This document shows, one piece after another, positions 41,401-53,782 of a DNA stretch of 64,000 nucleotides (the first letter of the stretch is position 1; each line of letters begins with the position of its first letter). Location of the stretch: the NCBI GenBank assembly GCA_002633005.1, contig NMRA01000190.1:483926-547925 (forward strand), in the 5' to 3' direction. Origin of the DNA: Phoronis australis (lineage: Eukaryota; Animalia; Phoronida). The notes beneath the pieces are model-generated. The model searched no databases. It was not told where the DNA came from and worked only from the letters and a program-made list of their open reading frames with translations. Made by a program: the position numbers and the translations under genes.

Positions 41401-42760
41401 CTCAGAGTGGTCTTCTGTTGGGCACTCAAATATGTGATCTACTCGGCAAAGCAGGATTCATTTCACAGTTCAGCTGACGGGTCAATTCACCCGTTGAGCC
41501 ACAAGTCAAATGTAGAGGAGCTAGGCTCTGCTCAGCTGTTTCCTTGGCCTTTTGCATGTGTGCATGCTACAATAGAAAGTAACATGAATGGCCTTCCATA
41601 TGTTCTTCTGTGTCACTTTTGTTGAGCAGACTTAATGGCCAACCATACTTAAGATGACCAAAGTTTTTCACTTTAGGTAAAGATAACATAAAAATGTTTT
41701 GTTTTCCCTTTAAAACACTGCTTGTCTCAAGAAAGTACAAATGTGTTTGTGTAGAATCCACCTGTTTTTTTTTTCTGTTGTGCTGCTGTGTAAGCCAAAA
41801 ATTCATCACAGCCCAATTACTATCTAGAATTAATGTTAAATAGAAGTTACAAAGTCTTCGACCTGTCAATATGTTCAAAGTAGGCAGTTTTGAGTGCAAA
41901 CCCAGAATTTGATGTTCACCTACCTCTTTAGTGAGAAGATTTCAACCCTGCGCTGCTACGGTAGTCAATTAGAACTATATCAATCACATGTGCAAATCAT
42001 GCGGTAACTTGGATGTTTTGTCCAGCCCACGACATGTCTAATCCAACAACTCAAGGCAATCTACTCATAGACACTTCAATTACAACCTTGCTATCCCTGA
42101 TTAAACAGTGTTAAGTATGTTCAACCCTTAGTTCGTCTCTGCCGCAATCTCCCACTTTACAGCCAGTTTTGAACCTGTACATGTCATCAGCTTTTTCTCC
42201 AGACCAAGCGGCATTCTTTAATTGCTCCGACAGTCTTAATTAGCCTTTCCTGTCTCTGCGTGTCTGCTGTTGAGTTTTTGCGTTAAATACAGCATTTTGC
42301 CCATTAAATGAAGCATTTTGTCTGGGGCGAAGCTGCTTTTCTCTCCAATCTTAAGACCTAGAGTGCTTTTGAGAAAATAACCGATCTTTGCTGGTTATGT
42401 AGTAGACTATTGTTTTTGGCTTAACTTGTTACTACTTTCATACTTTGTTGTCATGGTTGCTTAGACTGTTGATACGTCAAGATTATTGAGATTACTTTTA
42501 GCGACATTGGATATCTAAATGCTGGTTGTATTCAGTGGCCAAAGTTTACGTCGATCAAATTCATGCCCAATGCTGCATTCGAGGCACACTTCATTTAAAT
42601 ATGAAGTAGTCTCAACACAATTTGCCTAAAATGTGTTGAGTATGGCAAGTCCACATCAGTCTGTAGTTTGTGTCTTTGTTTGTTCATTTTATTGCTCCCA
42701 TTTAGAAAAGAGCAATTGTTTTTTGTTATTGTTGATGTTTTTTTTTTACATTTGTTGCAG

Positions 42761-42825
42761 GGGATCCACACAATGACCCAATTTCTACTGAGGATGGCTT
42801 TAAGACCCTGTTTGTGGCTAGAATT
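42761..42825 (+). CDS. SNRNP70: U1-70K coding exon 4 (W-DPHNDPISTEDGFKTLFVARI)
   Basis: 65 nt, TTGCAG and GTAAGT boundaries; RRM RNP2 LFVAR. Confidence 0.96.
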
Positions 42826-43094
42826 GTAAGTACTGTCCTACCCACCTCCTTACTACTGTGCTGGTAAAACATTACCAAATTCAGCCTAAAATAAGTGCCA
42901 AAAATCAATCTTAATTCATTTTAAAGACTTACAATATTGTTATGAACACCTGTAACTGGTGAAACCTTTGTTCGATTCCAAGCTTCAGAGTGGAACTGGC
43001 AAAGCATCAATTTGGTGTTACTTGTCTTTTGTTGAAAAACAAGGGAGGTAAAATTTTTGTATGCGTCACGTGGTGTCCTTATTTGGTGAAATTG

Positions 43095-45379
43095 TAACCT
43101 TATCATTGTTGCATCTCGCTAGTTTAGGGCAAAAATGACATTTTTTTTCATTTTGCCAGAGCATTGCTTTGACTTGCGACACTTTTTGCAAATTTTTGTG
43201 GTGGTAGCTTTGATACAGCAATTGAAAATGGTAAGGCATTGATTTGGTTGTATCATATTTTATGAAAGAAATGAGAAAAAATGGATTTACATGTCTAGCA
43301 TATTATGTCCTGAGTTGGTGAGATTTCGCCATAAATACTAGTTCCTGATACTATTTTGTGATCTCATATTTAGCTAAAATGTCAACTATACCCCATTTTG
43401 TGATCTATTTAGCTAAAATGTCAGCTATATCCGATTTGTTTGTGGTGTTTGCATAAATCACTTCCGTCTTATAAAGTTAATATAACTAGGTCCTACTGTT
43501 AACTTTTAATCACCTTGAAACTTAAAGCTGTTTGATGACCTGTTTGATGATGTGACAGAGTGTCTTGATGTCTTAGGAATGCAACAATAACTGGATTAAA
43601 TCATTCTTCACTCTCTTGCATGAGTGAAATCTAGTGCACAGTACAATTTTTGTGTCACTTTGGAAGGTGCAGTTATTTAATTATAGGACAGTCCGTCCGC
43701 TTCTTTTACAGACGGTGTGGGTGTGCTTTCCAACAGCATTCTTTTATCATGAGTACTCTTCATTTCTGGCGAGCTCTAGTATTATTTTTATACACCACAA
43801 CCGGTAGTTCCAACATGTCAGTCAAGCCAATAATTCCAGCCATCTTTGTCTCTCAAACATTGGTTGAGAATGAAAGCATTAAGGTGGTTTTTACGAGGCA
43901 CTTCAGGCAGTTCCAGTGCAGAGAATGAAAGAGGAAAAGAGCTCATGTCGCTAATAAAAGCTTAGTAGATGAATGTACACACGGGTAAACTATAGACTAT
44001 TATCGAGTGTCTAGATTGTTAAACAATGACACAGTGAAAGAAATTCACCTTCATAATGTTCTGCCCATGTTTTTTTATTTTTATTTTCTTTAATAGTATC
44101 TCGTGTGAGTTAGCAATTAAACCAGGAACTATGATTGAGGATGTCAGAGTGATTTACAGAACATAACCAAGATACTGGTGAAAAGGAAACTGTCATATTC
44201 TATGAATGGGTTGAAAGACTTACCNAAGAATCTCTTGTGTAACCTTATTATTGTTGCATCTCGCTAGTTTAGGGCAAAAATGACATTTTTTTCATTTTGC
44301 CAGAACATTGCTTTGACTTGCGACACTTTTTACAAATTTTTGTGGTGGTAGCTTTGATACAGCAATTGAAAATGGTAAGGCATTGATTTGATTGTATCAT
44401 ATTTTATGAAAGAAATGAGAAAAAATGGATTTACATGTCTAGCATATTATGTCCTAAATTGGTGAGATTTCGCCATAAATACTAGTTCCTGATACTATTT
44501 TGTGATCTCATATTTAGCTAAAATGTCAACTATACCCCATTTTGTGATCTTCTATTTAGCTAAAATGTCAGCTATATCCGATTTGTTTGTGATGTTTACT
44601 TAAATCAATTCCGTCTTATAAAGTTAATATAACTAGGTCCTTCTGTTAACTTTTAATCACCTTGAAACTTAAACCTGTTTGATGACCTGTTTGATGACCT
44701 GTTTGATGATGTGACAGAGTGTCTTGATGTCTTAGGAATGCAACAATAACTGGATTAAATCTTCACTCTCTTCCATGAGTGAAATGTAGTGCACAGTACA
44801 ATTTTTGTGTCACTTTGGAAGGTGCAGTTATTTAATTATAGGACAGTCAGTCCGCTTCTTTTACAGACGGTGTGGGTGTGCTTTCCAACAGCATTCTTTT
44901 ATCATGAGTACTCTTCATTTCTGGCGAGCTCTAGTATTATTTTTATACACCACAACCGGTAGTTCCAACATGTCAGTCAAGCCAATAATTCCAGCCATCT
45001 TTGTCTCTCAAACATTGGTTGAGAATGAAAGCATTAAGGTGGTTTTTACGAGGCACTTCAGGCAGTTCCAGTGCAGAGAATGAAAGAGGAAAAGAGCTCA
45101 TGTCGCTAATAAAAGCTTAGTAGATGAATGTACACACGGGTAAACTATAGACTATTATCGAGTGTCTAGATTGTTAAACAATGACACAGTGAAAGAAATT
45201 CACCTTCATAATGTTCTGCCCATGTTTTTTTATTTTTATTTTCTTTAATAGTATCTCGTGTGAGTTAGCAATTAAACCAGGAACTATGATTGAGGATGTC
45301 AGAGTGATTTACAGAACATAACCAAGATACTGGTGAAAAGGAAACTGTCATATTCTATGAATGGGTTGAAAGACTTACC
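43095..45379. repeat. ~1.14-kb direct duplication (43095-44224 and 44239-45379) joined at an N
   Basis: Near-identical copies; copy 1 ends exactly at the n at 44225. Confidence 0.95.
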
Positions 45380-45410
45380 ACCATGGATATACTACTTCTC
45401 CGGATCTCAT
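45379..45410 (-). CDS. Sh: Candidate alternative Kv1 first coding exon (MRSGEVVYPW-W)
   Basis: AAAATG start, GTG|GTAAGT donor, phase 2. Confidence 0.3.
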
Positions 45411-46017
45411 TTTGATTATGTTGCTCTATATAATATTTCAATTGAAAAGTTTCAGTGAAATACAATCAAAAACATCATTTGCTCTTGCACGCTTTCAGAA
45501 GTCTTCTGCTATATTTGCTTTGTGCTAATTGTTCTTTGCTACAGTAACAGTAAGCGTGTCCTCACTGTCTTTGTCAGACATACCCATTCTTTTTTGCGAA
45601 CCATTTTCTTCCATTTCATGGAGAAACGAAAGCTGTTAAAGAAATGTGCTTGATGAGAACTAAAATCCGTTTCTGAGAACAAAATGGTAATGCCTGAGAA
45701 AATAAATACATAATTTCATGAAATAAAATTATTCCTGACAAAAGAACTCTGTCTGGTAGTATGACCGTGTGTGAAGAAGGAAGTGTTGTAGTCTTGTGCT
45801 CATCTGTGCAAGGGCACGCGTATCCTGGACATTTCACTCACTCTGACCGCTTGTGACATTGTGGGTAGTAAACACCAGGTATAGTAAACTCTATGCAAAG
45901 CACCTGATTGTTGTCGCGGTAACGGTCAGATTTATAAGCAGAGAGACATGCCACCCAACCCCACGGTGGTTCACATGACTTGTTTCCCTGTGTTGACATC
46001 TTTATTTTTGTTTTCAG

Positions 46018-46080
46018 AATTACGATACAAGTGAGTCCAAGCTTCGTCGAGAGTTTGAAACGTATGGACCAGTCAAGAAG
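46018..46080 (+). CDS. SNRNP70: U1-70K coding exon 5 (NYDTSESKLRREFETYGPVKK)
   Basis: 63 nt, TTTCAG and GTATGT boundaries; conserved RRM helix. Confidence 0.97.
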
Positions 46081-48175
46081 GTATGTGCAACAAAAACCTG
46101 TTTTGCAGTAAAACTCGCATAAGTCGGACTGGTATATCTCTGAGCTTGTGTCACTTTTCTGGTCGATGTTTGAACTCTAGTTTTAGCGTGAAGCTTAATC
46201 ATTACTAGGACCAACAGAATGGAAGAGAAACAAAAAAATGTGTAAGAAAAGCTTTCATGTAGCAAGTTCTGTTGCGAAAGTTTCCATTTTGAAAATTAGC
46301 CAATCAGTCGAGGATGTGACATCCTGGTCTTAAATCAACCCTTGGGTGCACTGTTTAATTAGGTGCGTTTGGTCAGCAGGCCCACTCATGTCTCTCTTGG
46401 TCCACCTGGTCTCTTCACGTGCTTTGGTTAATACCACTGTACGTAGTAAACACCAGGCAGATGAACCTCCTGCTGCTGGAAGGCTCCATACTTGGGTGTC
46501 TATGAGACAACAAGTTTGCCTTCCACAGCCACATGTTATTCATCACCCCTGTATGGTCTATATGGTGAACTTTTCCTCTAACATGTACTAGCAATTGTGC
46601 CTGATTTCATTTCAAGTAGTTATACCCATTGTCAAAGTGCCATCTGTAGAAGAGAGTGGCCCTGTGAAGGGATAGTGACCAACACACAGAAATCCATCAG
46701 TGTTTATTCCTAGGTTTTGATGATTGCCGTAAACATATGGTCTGGATGTGAGCCGGAAAGAAGTAAAAGAGAATTATTATTTTGTTTTATTTGGTACCTT
46801 TTTCTTCTTCATTGTGTCACGAATCACGAACTTGTGTGGAACATGGATTTAGTCTGATCTGGTTGCTGCAGCCCAAACCGTAAATGCATTTCTCAGTAGG
46901 TGGTGCAGTATACTTACGCTTTCTCAACATCAACCAATCGCAACGTCTGAATGTCCTTTTCCAACCAATCAGAATGTCCAAATGTTGTGCTTGTAAATGA
47001 GAAGCATTAATAGCATGACAAATTTAGTTTGATTTAAATGTTCAAAAAGGAGTCTCAAAACGATGTTACAATTTTCTAAATTATTGTTTTAAACAGATTT
47101 TGTAATTTTTGGCAAATATCATGAAATTCACATGCGCGCAGCCGTGCTTTCAAAAGTGGATGACTTTAAAAAGCCATTTCTAACAGCTTTTTAGAAAACA
47201 ATGCATAAAGCATGGCATCTGAAAGTTTCATTTGAATCCAATCCCTCATGTGTGAAGTATGGCTTGATGTTCCATAGTTTGTCATATTTGGACGTTTTCT
47301 GGGGTCCTACATAACCTTAGCACCGAGTTGGCACATGCACATCTAGTGCTCTGGACTAGTGGGACTATTATGGTTGGACACGTGCATTTCAGTCATGCGT
47401 CTTCATTTGATTTCATTTTAAATTTGTCATTTGTTAAAGCCAAGTTGACACTTCTAGTCCTTCTCCACACAATTGTTGTTCATCCCTGGTGGACCTCATG
47501 TGTGGTAATTTTGGCATTTTAAATTGCCTCAAACTTGTTTAAAACGCAGATATCAGCCTCTACCAGTGCATGTGTGGTTTCATCATGTTGATGTGTAGGG
47601 TTAAACGTTACACTTCATTTCTGAGTTCACTCTTTGTAACGGTTGGACTCATCTGCTTGTTTTGATATCTGTAGTTGGTCCAAAGGTGGTATGACCTAAG
47701 TTGGCTATTAGTTAGTGCTGTATGGATAATTAATTAATTAATTAGTGCATGTTACAGCTCATGAGTAGTATTACACTAGGCAACATTGACGTCAGTTGTG
47801 GGCTAGGGTCGTTCAGTAGAATTCACACAAACCAACAATGTACCAACTAGTTAAATCTTGTTTGGTTTGAGTTTGATGTTTCGCTCTCTTCTACAAATAT
47901 AATTCTGCACATCTTTGTGTTGTAGAAAAAGTACATATGCATACACGCATCTCAAAGTGAACTTGTTGCTATTTTTAAGAGCAATCAAGTTTGTTTCACA
48001 TTAAAAATGATGTCCCTGCCTCATTGACTTTATGTTTTCAGCTGAGTTTCTTTATTTCAAAAAAAACTCGGAGTATTCAAAATCAGACCTTTGTGGTTTA
48101 CAAACTGGATTTGGAACTAATGTCTGAGTTTCCAAAATGATTTGTTATTGAAGTGTGTCTCTACCTTTCTTTCAG

Positions 48176-48257
48176 ATCCGACTTGTTTCTGATCAGAACA
48201 CGGGCAAGCCACGTGGTTACGCATTCATTGAGTTTGAACACGAACGAGACATGCACT
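48176..48257 (+). CDS. SNRNP70: U1-70K coding exon 6 ([28 protein letters not shown])
   Basis: 82 nt, TTTCAG and GTAAGT boundaries; RNP1 RGYAFIEF. Confidence 0.97.
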
Positions 48258-51200
48258 GTAAGTATGCCAACTCCAGGCCATTTGTAACGTGTAGTTTCCT
48301 TCTATTTGCCATAACCCCATGAGTCTGGGCAGCTCCTCCCCACCGTGTTTGGCTTCTTCCACACATGTATTCAGAGATTCACTTACGTGTAGGTAAAGAA
48401 TTTAGGAAGATTGCCAATCTAAGAAGGTTGCCAAATTAAGGATTTTTTCTACAGTTTTTTTTTTGGCAGTGGAACTCAAGCCCTCTTTACCATTTTCATT
48501 TTGTTGATGTTGACAACTGTTTTTGTTCTTAAAGTAGAGGGTTAAAATGTGAATTGCACTTTTTGATATACGGCGATTATGTTCATCATAAAGGCACTTT
48601 TTGGACACCTTGGACATGTACGTAAACTGCATAAGAATCCTTGTGATCTGATGCCTGTTAACATCCACTGAGTTCACCGTGCAAACTTGTTCTGCATAAA
48701 GGGTCATTATACTTCACTCTGAAATAAGATAGATGGTTTTATCATGGCATTACTGCTATTGATGTTCATCACTGGCGCTAAGCATTCTTTCAAATAACTC
48801 TAATGCACTAATTGTGCAGTTCACTTGAGTGTGAAAGTCTCCATTGCCTTGTCCACATTCTGGGGCTGACCCTGTTGTTTGTTCACTACTCCTCCTCCTA
48901 CAATAAGCCTGCAATGCAGTGTCTGTTGACATAACTATCTTCCTGTTGTCTTCTCCTCAATTCTGTTTACAGAATCCGTAGTGTTGTCGTGCTTTGCTCT
49001 TTTTTACTGCTTGCTAGTTGGTCAGCAGGGAGCATGTAGTGCATTGATCTGTGTTTATTTTAGGTGATAAAGCAGCAGGGTTGTGTGGTCACACAGTGCG
49101 TTAATTCATGAGGAAGTTCCTCACAGTTTTGGTGGTTATGAGTCTTAGTATATGACGACTTGTTTCTGGCCGCAGGCACACAAATATATTGATATTATAT
49201 GATGTTGATGCCAGTGGTTGATACGAGGAAGAGACGATTCCTGTGTTTCTGCCTGTCATAATGTTTTGACTTTTTTTGCCCAGACTCATGATTGTACTAT
49301 TTCTTCAAAAGTCCCTGTTGTGAGTTATTGGAAGTGTTTTTGTCTTTTCAAAAATACTAGTCTCTTTCATTTGCAGTCCGTGGATGGTAATGATGTAGAA
49401 TATCGCCACATGGCGTATGATGTCATGCTATTGTTGTTATTCATTTACATCTTGGAAAATCATGTAAAGAGAACTTGCAGGTAAATTCCAATCATCCAAA
49501 TTTTAAGGATATGGTAATTCAGCCCGTCCATTTTGTGGTCTGTCTAGTATGAGGTGTGCTCATCTTGGAGTCTTTTTTGCTATATTTATAAGACTTAGCA
49601 ACTGCTTTTGAGACCAAAATTGGTGAAATGAAAGTAACATACCAGGTGGGGTTTATTAAAGGTGTGGAATAGGTTTCATTTCTTCAAAAATTTGGGATTT
49701 TGGAAATTACTGTGTCACATGATTCCAAGTATTAAGATTTTGATTTTCTTTTGAGCAGGTTGGATCGAAATTGTTTGTGCGAAGACAGCAAAACTAACGG
49801 TTTAATTCTATTTCAGGCCTCCACAACTGTTGATTATCTGCATTCAATAAATAAATCTGGAGATTACACCTTCTTATAAAGCCAAAACATTACTTAATAC
49901 CCATGTGTCATTGTTGTGCGGGTACATACCCCTACTGCGTACTGTGTTGCGCTATTTGGTCGTAGTTCCTGCTTGCCAGGTCGTTGCCCTGTAACCTTTA
50001 TTGTCGTCTGTTACTGTTGTAAGTACATATGTTGACTTGCTGAGATCAACGGATCGAGCAGTTTTCAGCTCAGCTGTGATGGTCGTCATAGCAATCTCAT
50101 TGTGCTGTGTGTTGTATGATCGTTGGACTTTGGGGTGTTGATGTTTCAACATAACAGTGCTGGTAGAGAAATTCAGGAAGTCTCCCCTCGTTTGGCTACC
50201 AGTGGTTATAGTTAGATTTTCATTGTTGTATTTCCCATGACAGCTTTGGAAACCAGGTTCTGACCTCTGCCCTTTTACAACTGTTTTTGGTTTACGAACA
50301 CACATTAAACTACTTCCTTTGTTTTCTCGCCTACAGCCAATCCACGCTTGCGTTGTTTGCGACATAACGCTGTGAAGGCATTCTCTTGATTCCTTATCGC
50401 AACTGCATTGTGGGATAGGTTTGTATGTGTGGTAAGATCTGAGGTCACACACATACACTGTATAGCACTTATCAGTGCATCGGAAATCGATAAACCTTCT
50501 GTAAGATGAGTAGATGTCTGATGCAGAGCTCAGGCTAAAATCAAACACTAGGATGATTTTTCAAGCATAGTCTTAGAAAAAGATCTAATCCATCTAGGCT
50601 GGACGCAGCGCTTCACATACCCAAACACTGCTTAAGTAAATAATTAACCAATATATTCCAAGAAGCATATTTTATTGTTTAGTTTTTTTCTAAATTAATT
50701 CACGACTGATTGAATTAATAATCATTGGACAGGAAGAGGATAGGATTAAAGCAGGCAAGTATTATGTGGTAAGACTGGCCCTAAATAAGCTGAAGCTTTT
50801 TTCTACTTTTAGTTATATTTCCTCTGGTTCTATACATTTCATAAATATAGTTTTCTAAACGTGCCGTGGTTTCTGCTCTATGGAAACGTCTGTGGTAAAA
50901 AATCGAGTAAAAATATTTTAGAATTAATTGGACAATACAATGCATGTACATGAATGGTAATGGCTGTATTGTAGTGTAAAATAATCCAAAATTGTGCAAT
51001 CATCTCGTGGTAATGGATCATGACAATATGTGCTGTTCAGGCAAGTATTGGTAAACTTTTGGTTGGAAATACTGTAGCATTTGGCTGTTAAAATGATTCA
51101 AGAAAATCCGCCAGAATTTGTTTTCGTTAAAAACAATTTTGTGAGCTCAAATTTTGGTCTTTTTAACTGGAAAGTACAAAACTTACTCCCATAATTTTTG

Positions 51201-51398
51201 CCTAAATTTTTCGAGAATGTCAAAGATCTGCTATATTCGCAGTGTTAATTTGTATAAGGAATTTAGAATAATTGACTTGAAAAACAAACGATAAGTTGGA
51301 TGTGAATAGCTTGAGACTCTTCAACACGCAAAAACCAAATTACATGCCGAAGTTTGAGCGTAAAACATTTTTTAGTTTCTTTGATTTAAAACGTAATG

Positions 51399-51956
51399 GG
51401 TAGGTATCGGGTAGGTATGTCAACTGTTGGCCCCCTGGACGTCAGTTTGAAACCGATGGAACCGAAATTCAACCCCTGTACTGGCTACTACATCTGGTGT
51501 TGCTCTGCTCTCTCATCACATGTCCGTAGGTAACGCAGGTGGTGTTTTCTTCTACCTATTTATTAACTGATTAATGTTGATTTCTACTTCCCTGACTCGA
51601 TGGAGTCGCCAGGTAAGGGGCTTCGTCGTCGACTGCAGATGTAACCAGGTGCACAGATGGTGAGACGCAGCCCGCAGGTGTAGTTGTGCCTGTCGTCACG
51701 GTGATTAACTAGTCTAATGTACATGTCCATTCGCTTGCCATTAACTGCATTGCTGCGTTGTGTAATTTTGTTGTATTGGGCTGATGACTCGATCGTCCTT
51801 TTCATTAGCTTTATCAGATCTAAAATCCAAATTGTGTTGTTTGAAACTGCTGTCAATTTTTTTTTTCTGTGAAACAAAAATGTTTCCAGGAAATGTGCTC
51901 AATAATGGCAAACGAATGCTGTTAGCATTGTTGTTGTTTGTTTGTTTCAGGTAAGT
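51399..51956 (+). promoter_or_regulatory. SNRNP70: Candidate unproductive-splicing (poison exon) control region of SNRNP70
   Basis: Alternative acceptors at 51529 and 51889, about ten 5'SS-like motifs, and in-frame stops. Confidence 0.6.
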
Positions 51957-52027
51957 TTTGCTTTGCTCTTCCAAATGTCCAAGGGTTAATTTTAACTCGC
52001 TGTATCCCCTTCTCTTTTACAATCTAG

Positions 52028-52202
52028 CTGCCTATAAGCATGCTGATGGTAAGAAGATTGATGGACGTCGTGTACTAGTGGATGTGGAACGTGCCCGGAC
52101 AGTCAAAGGCTGGAGACCTCGCCGCCTGGGTGGGGGTCTGGGGCAAACTCGCAAAGGAGGCGCTGAGGAGAATAGTCGTTTTGCAGGCAGAGATGATGGA
52201 CG
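52028..52202 (+). CDS. SNRNP70: U1-70K coding exon 7 ([38 protein letters not shown]...GRDDG-R)
   Basis: 175 nt, TCTAG and GTAAGT boundaries; nearly invariant U1-70K sequence. Confidence 0.98.
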
Positions 52203-53180
52203 GTAAGTCTACTGTTGTGCGGATGCTGTGCTCAAATGGAAGCAATTTGACTGTTGCATCATGCCAAAATGTATTAACATTCAAGCACCCACACCTCCCT
52301 ATTCTGGCATGGCTTGGACCTGCCCACGGAGGTATGGACCATTTTTTTCCATCTTGGACATGTTCCTTTGTTCGTGCAGTGTCAAGCCCAATATTCCATG
52401 TGAGCAATAAATTATGTTTGAGACAGAAAAAGTAGTCCAGTGAGAATATGCGTGTTCAGAAGAATTTTGTTTGCAGGCAGGCCAGATAAGTCTAGGTGCC
52501 TTTACATCGAATGGCACAAACCTGCCTGCTGGAGGGGCAGGATTTTCCGTTTTGTCATCAAAACCTAATGGAGCTGTGTAAATATACAAAAGTCGGCTCA
52601 TTACAGAATGACTGCTGCAGGTGCTGTAGTGGCTTTAAATTGGAAAATGATGCAAAAAACAGTGATATTCCAGAAGTCGTGATAACAAAGTAGGAGATCG
52701 TAAAACAAAATCTGTCGACCTATCTGTTAGATACGTTTGTGTGTAAAAGAGCTGATATCAAAGAAAAGACATACCATGTTAATAACTGTTCCATCAGCCT
52801 TGTTGCAGTTTGCTTGTTCTCTGTGGAGTCGTGTTTATGTTGCTGTTAAACATTTGTCTGCTCAAAAATAGTTTTGCAAAGGGGCAATTTACAAGGAAGA
52901 GAAACAGACAAAGTCATCAAAAACAGGAAATAGTTGGTTGGCATTGCTTTTGATGCCCGATATTACAAGATAATGCCGTGCTCTTTGCATCTGAAAATGC
53001 TGTGTCTGCTTACATGTGGAGATAACTCTGACCAGATCTAAGTACGATTATGTGTTTTTGTTGGCCAGTAGGAAGTAAATGCATTTCTTGGTATTTTTTC
53101 CTGTGTAAACATGTGCTGCCTACGTAAACCTCTTCTCCAGATTTGCCTCTGTATTGTGAATGCTTTCATTTATTTTCCAG

Positions 53181-53637
53181 CCGTGCTGAGAGTCGTGATA
53201 GAGAGCGGTCACCTGGTGGCGATAGGAGACGCCACCGTAGCAGATCACGTGAACGTCGTAGGAGTCGCTCTAAGGAACGCAGACGCAGATCTCGTAGTCG
53301 TGAGCGCCGACGTAGCCGCGAGAAGGGAGAGAGGAGTCGCAGTAGGGAGCGCAAGCGTCCGCGTCGTAGTCGGTCACGCGACCGGGATCGTGAGCGTAGA
53401 AAGAAACGTAGTCGCAGCAAGGAGCGGGTATCAATCAAACGCGAGCGTGATGGTGAGGGAGCTCCTGCACCATCTGAGATTGATGAGGAGGATTACATGA
53501 ACCGACCCATTAAGCAGGAGCCGGAAGACAAAGGGTATTACGGGGGTCGGCCGGTAGACAATGGGGAGGGGGCGAGTAACGACCAGTCAAGGGAGGAAGG
53601 ACAGTATGAGGGAAATGACAGCAGTGACCAACCATGA
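53181..53637 (+). CDS. SNRNP70: U1-70K last coding exon, RS/RE/RD-rich domain; total CDS 1101 nt = 366 aa
   Basis: TTCCAG acceptor, phase continuity, Arg/Ser-rich tract, TGA at 53635-53637. Confidence 0.96.
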
Positions 53638-53776
53638 TCAAAGGAGAACTCAAAGTTCACTAGGTGGCGCTATTGAAACAGTGGCTTTGCCTTTAGAAAT
53701 GCATGTGATCATATGGGACTCTTGTCTCGCCAATGTCATCATGCCGGTGAACAGCTTCTGTTCTGTCTGTTGAGAT

Positions 53777-53782
53777 AATAAA
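53777..53782 (+). terminator. Candidate proximal polyadenylation signal of SNRNP70
   Basis: AATAAA 140 nt after the stop. A more distal end near 54430-54600 (ATTAAA, T-rich) is also possible. Confidence 0.4.

Noticed and set aside
43650-45083. Two identical 92-aa ORFs
   Set aside because: Product of the duplicated block; TTG start and no homology.
46820-46831. AATCACGAAC resembling the U1 stem-loop I loop (GAUCACGAAG) bound by U1-70K
   Set aside because: Two mismatches and no convincing closing stem.
49952-50548. 198-aa - strand ORF in the SNRNP70 intron
   Set aside because: Non-ATG start, no recognisable domain, Thr/Lys bias reflecting a GT-rich intron.
53111-53500. Overlapping and antisense ORFs in the RS domain
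   Set aside because: Shadow frames of low-complexity Arg/Ser codons.
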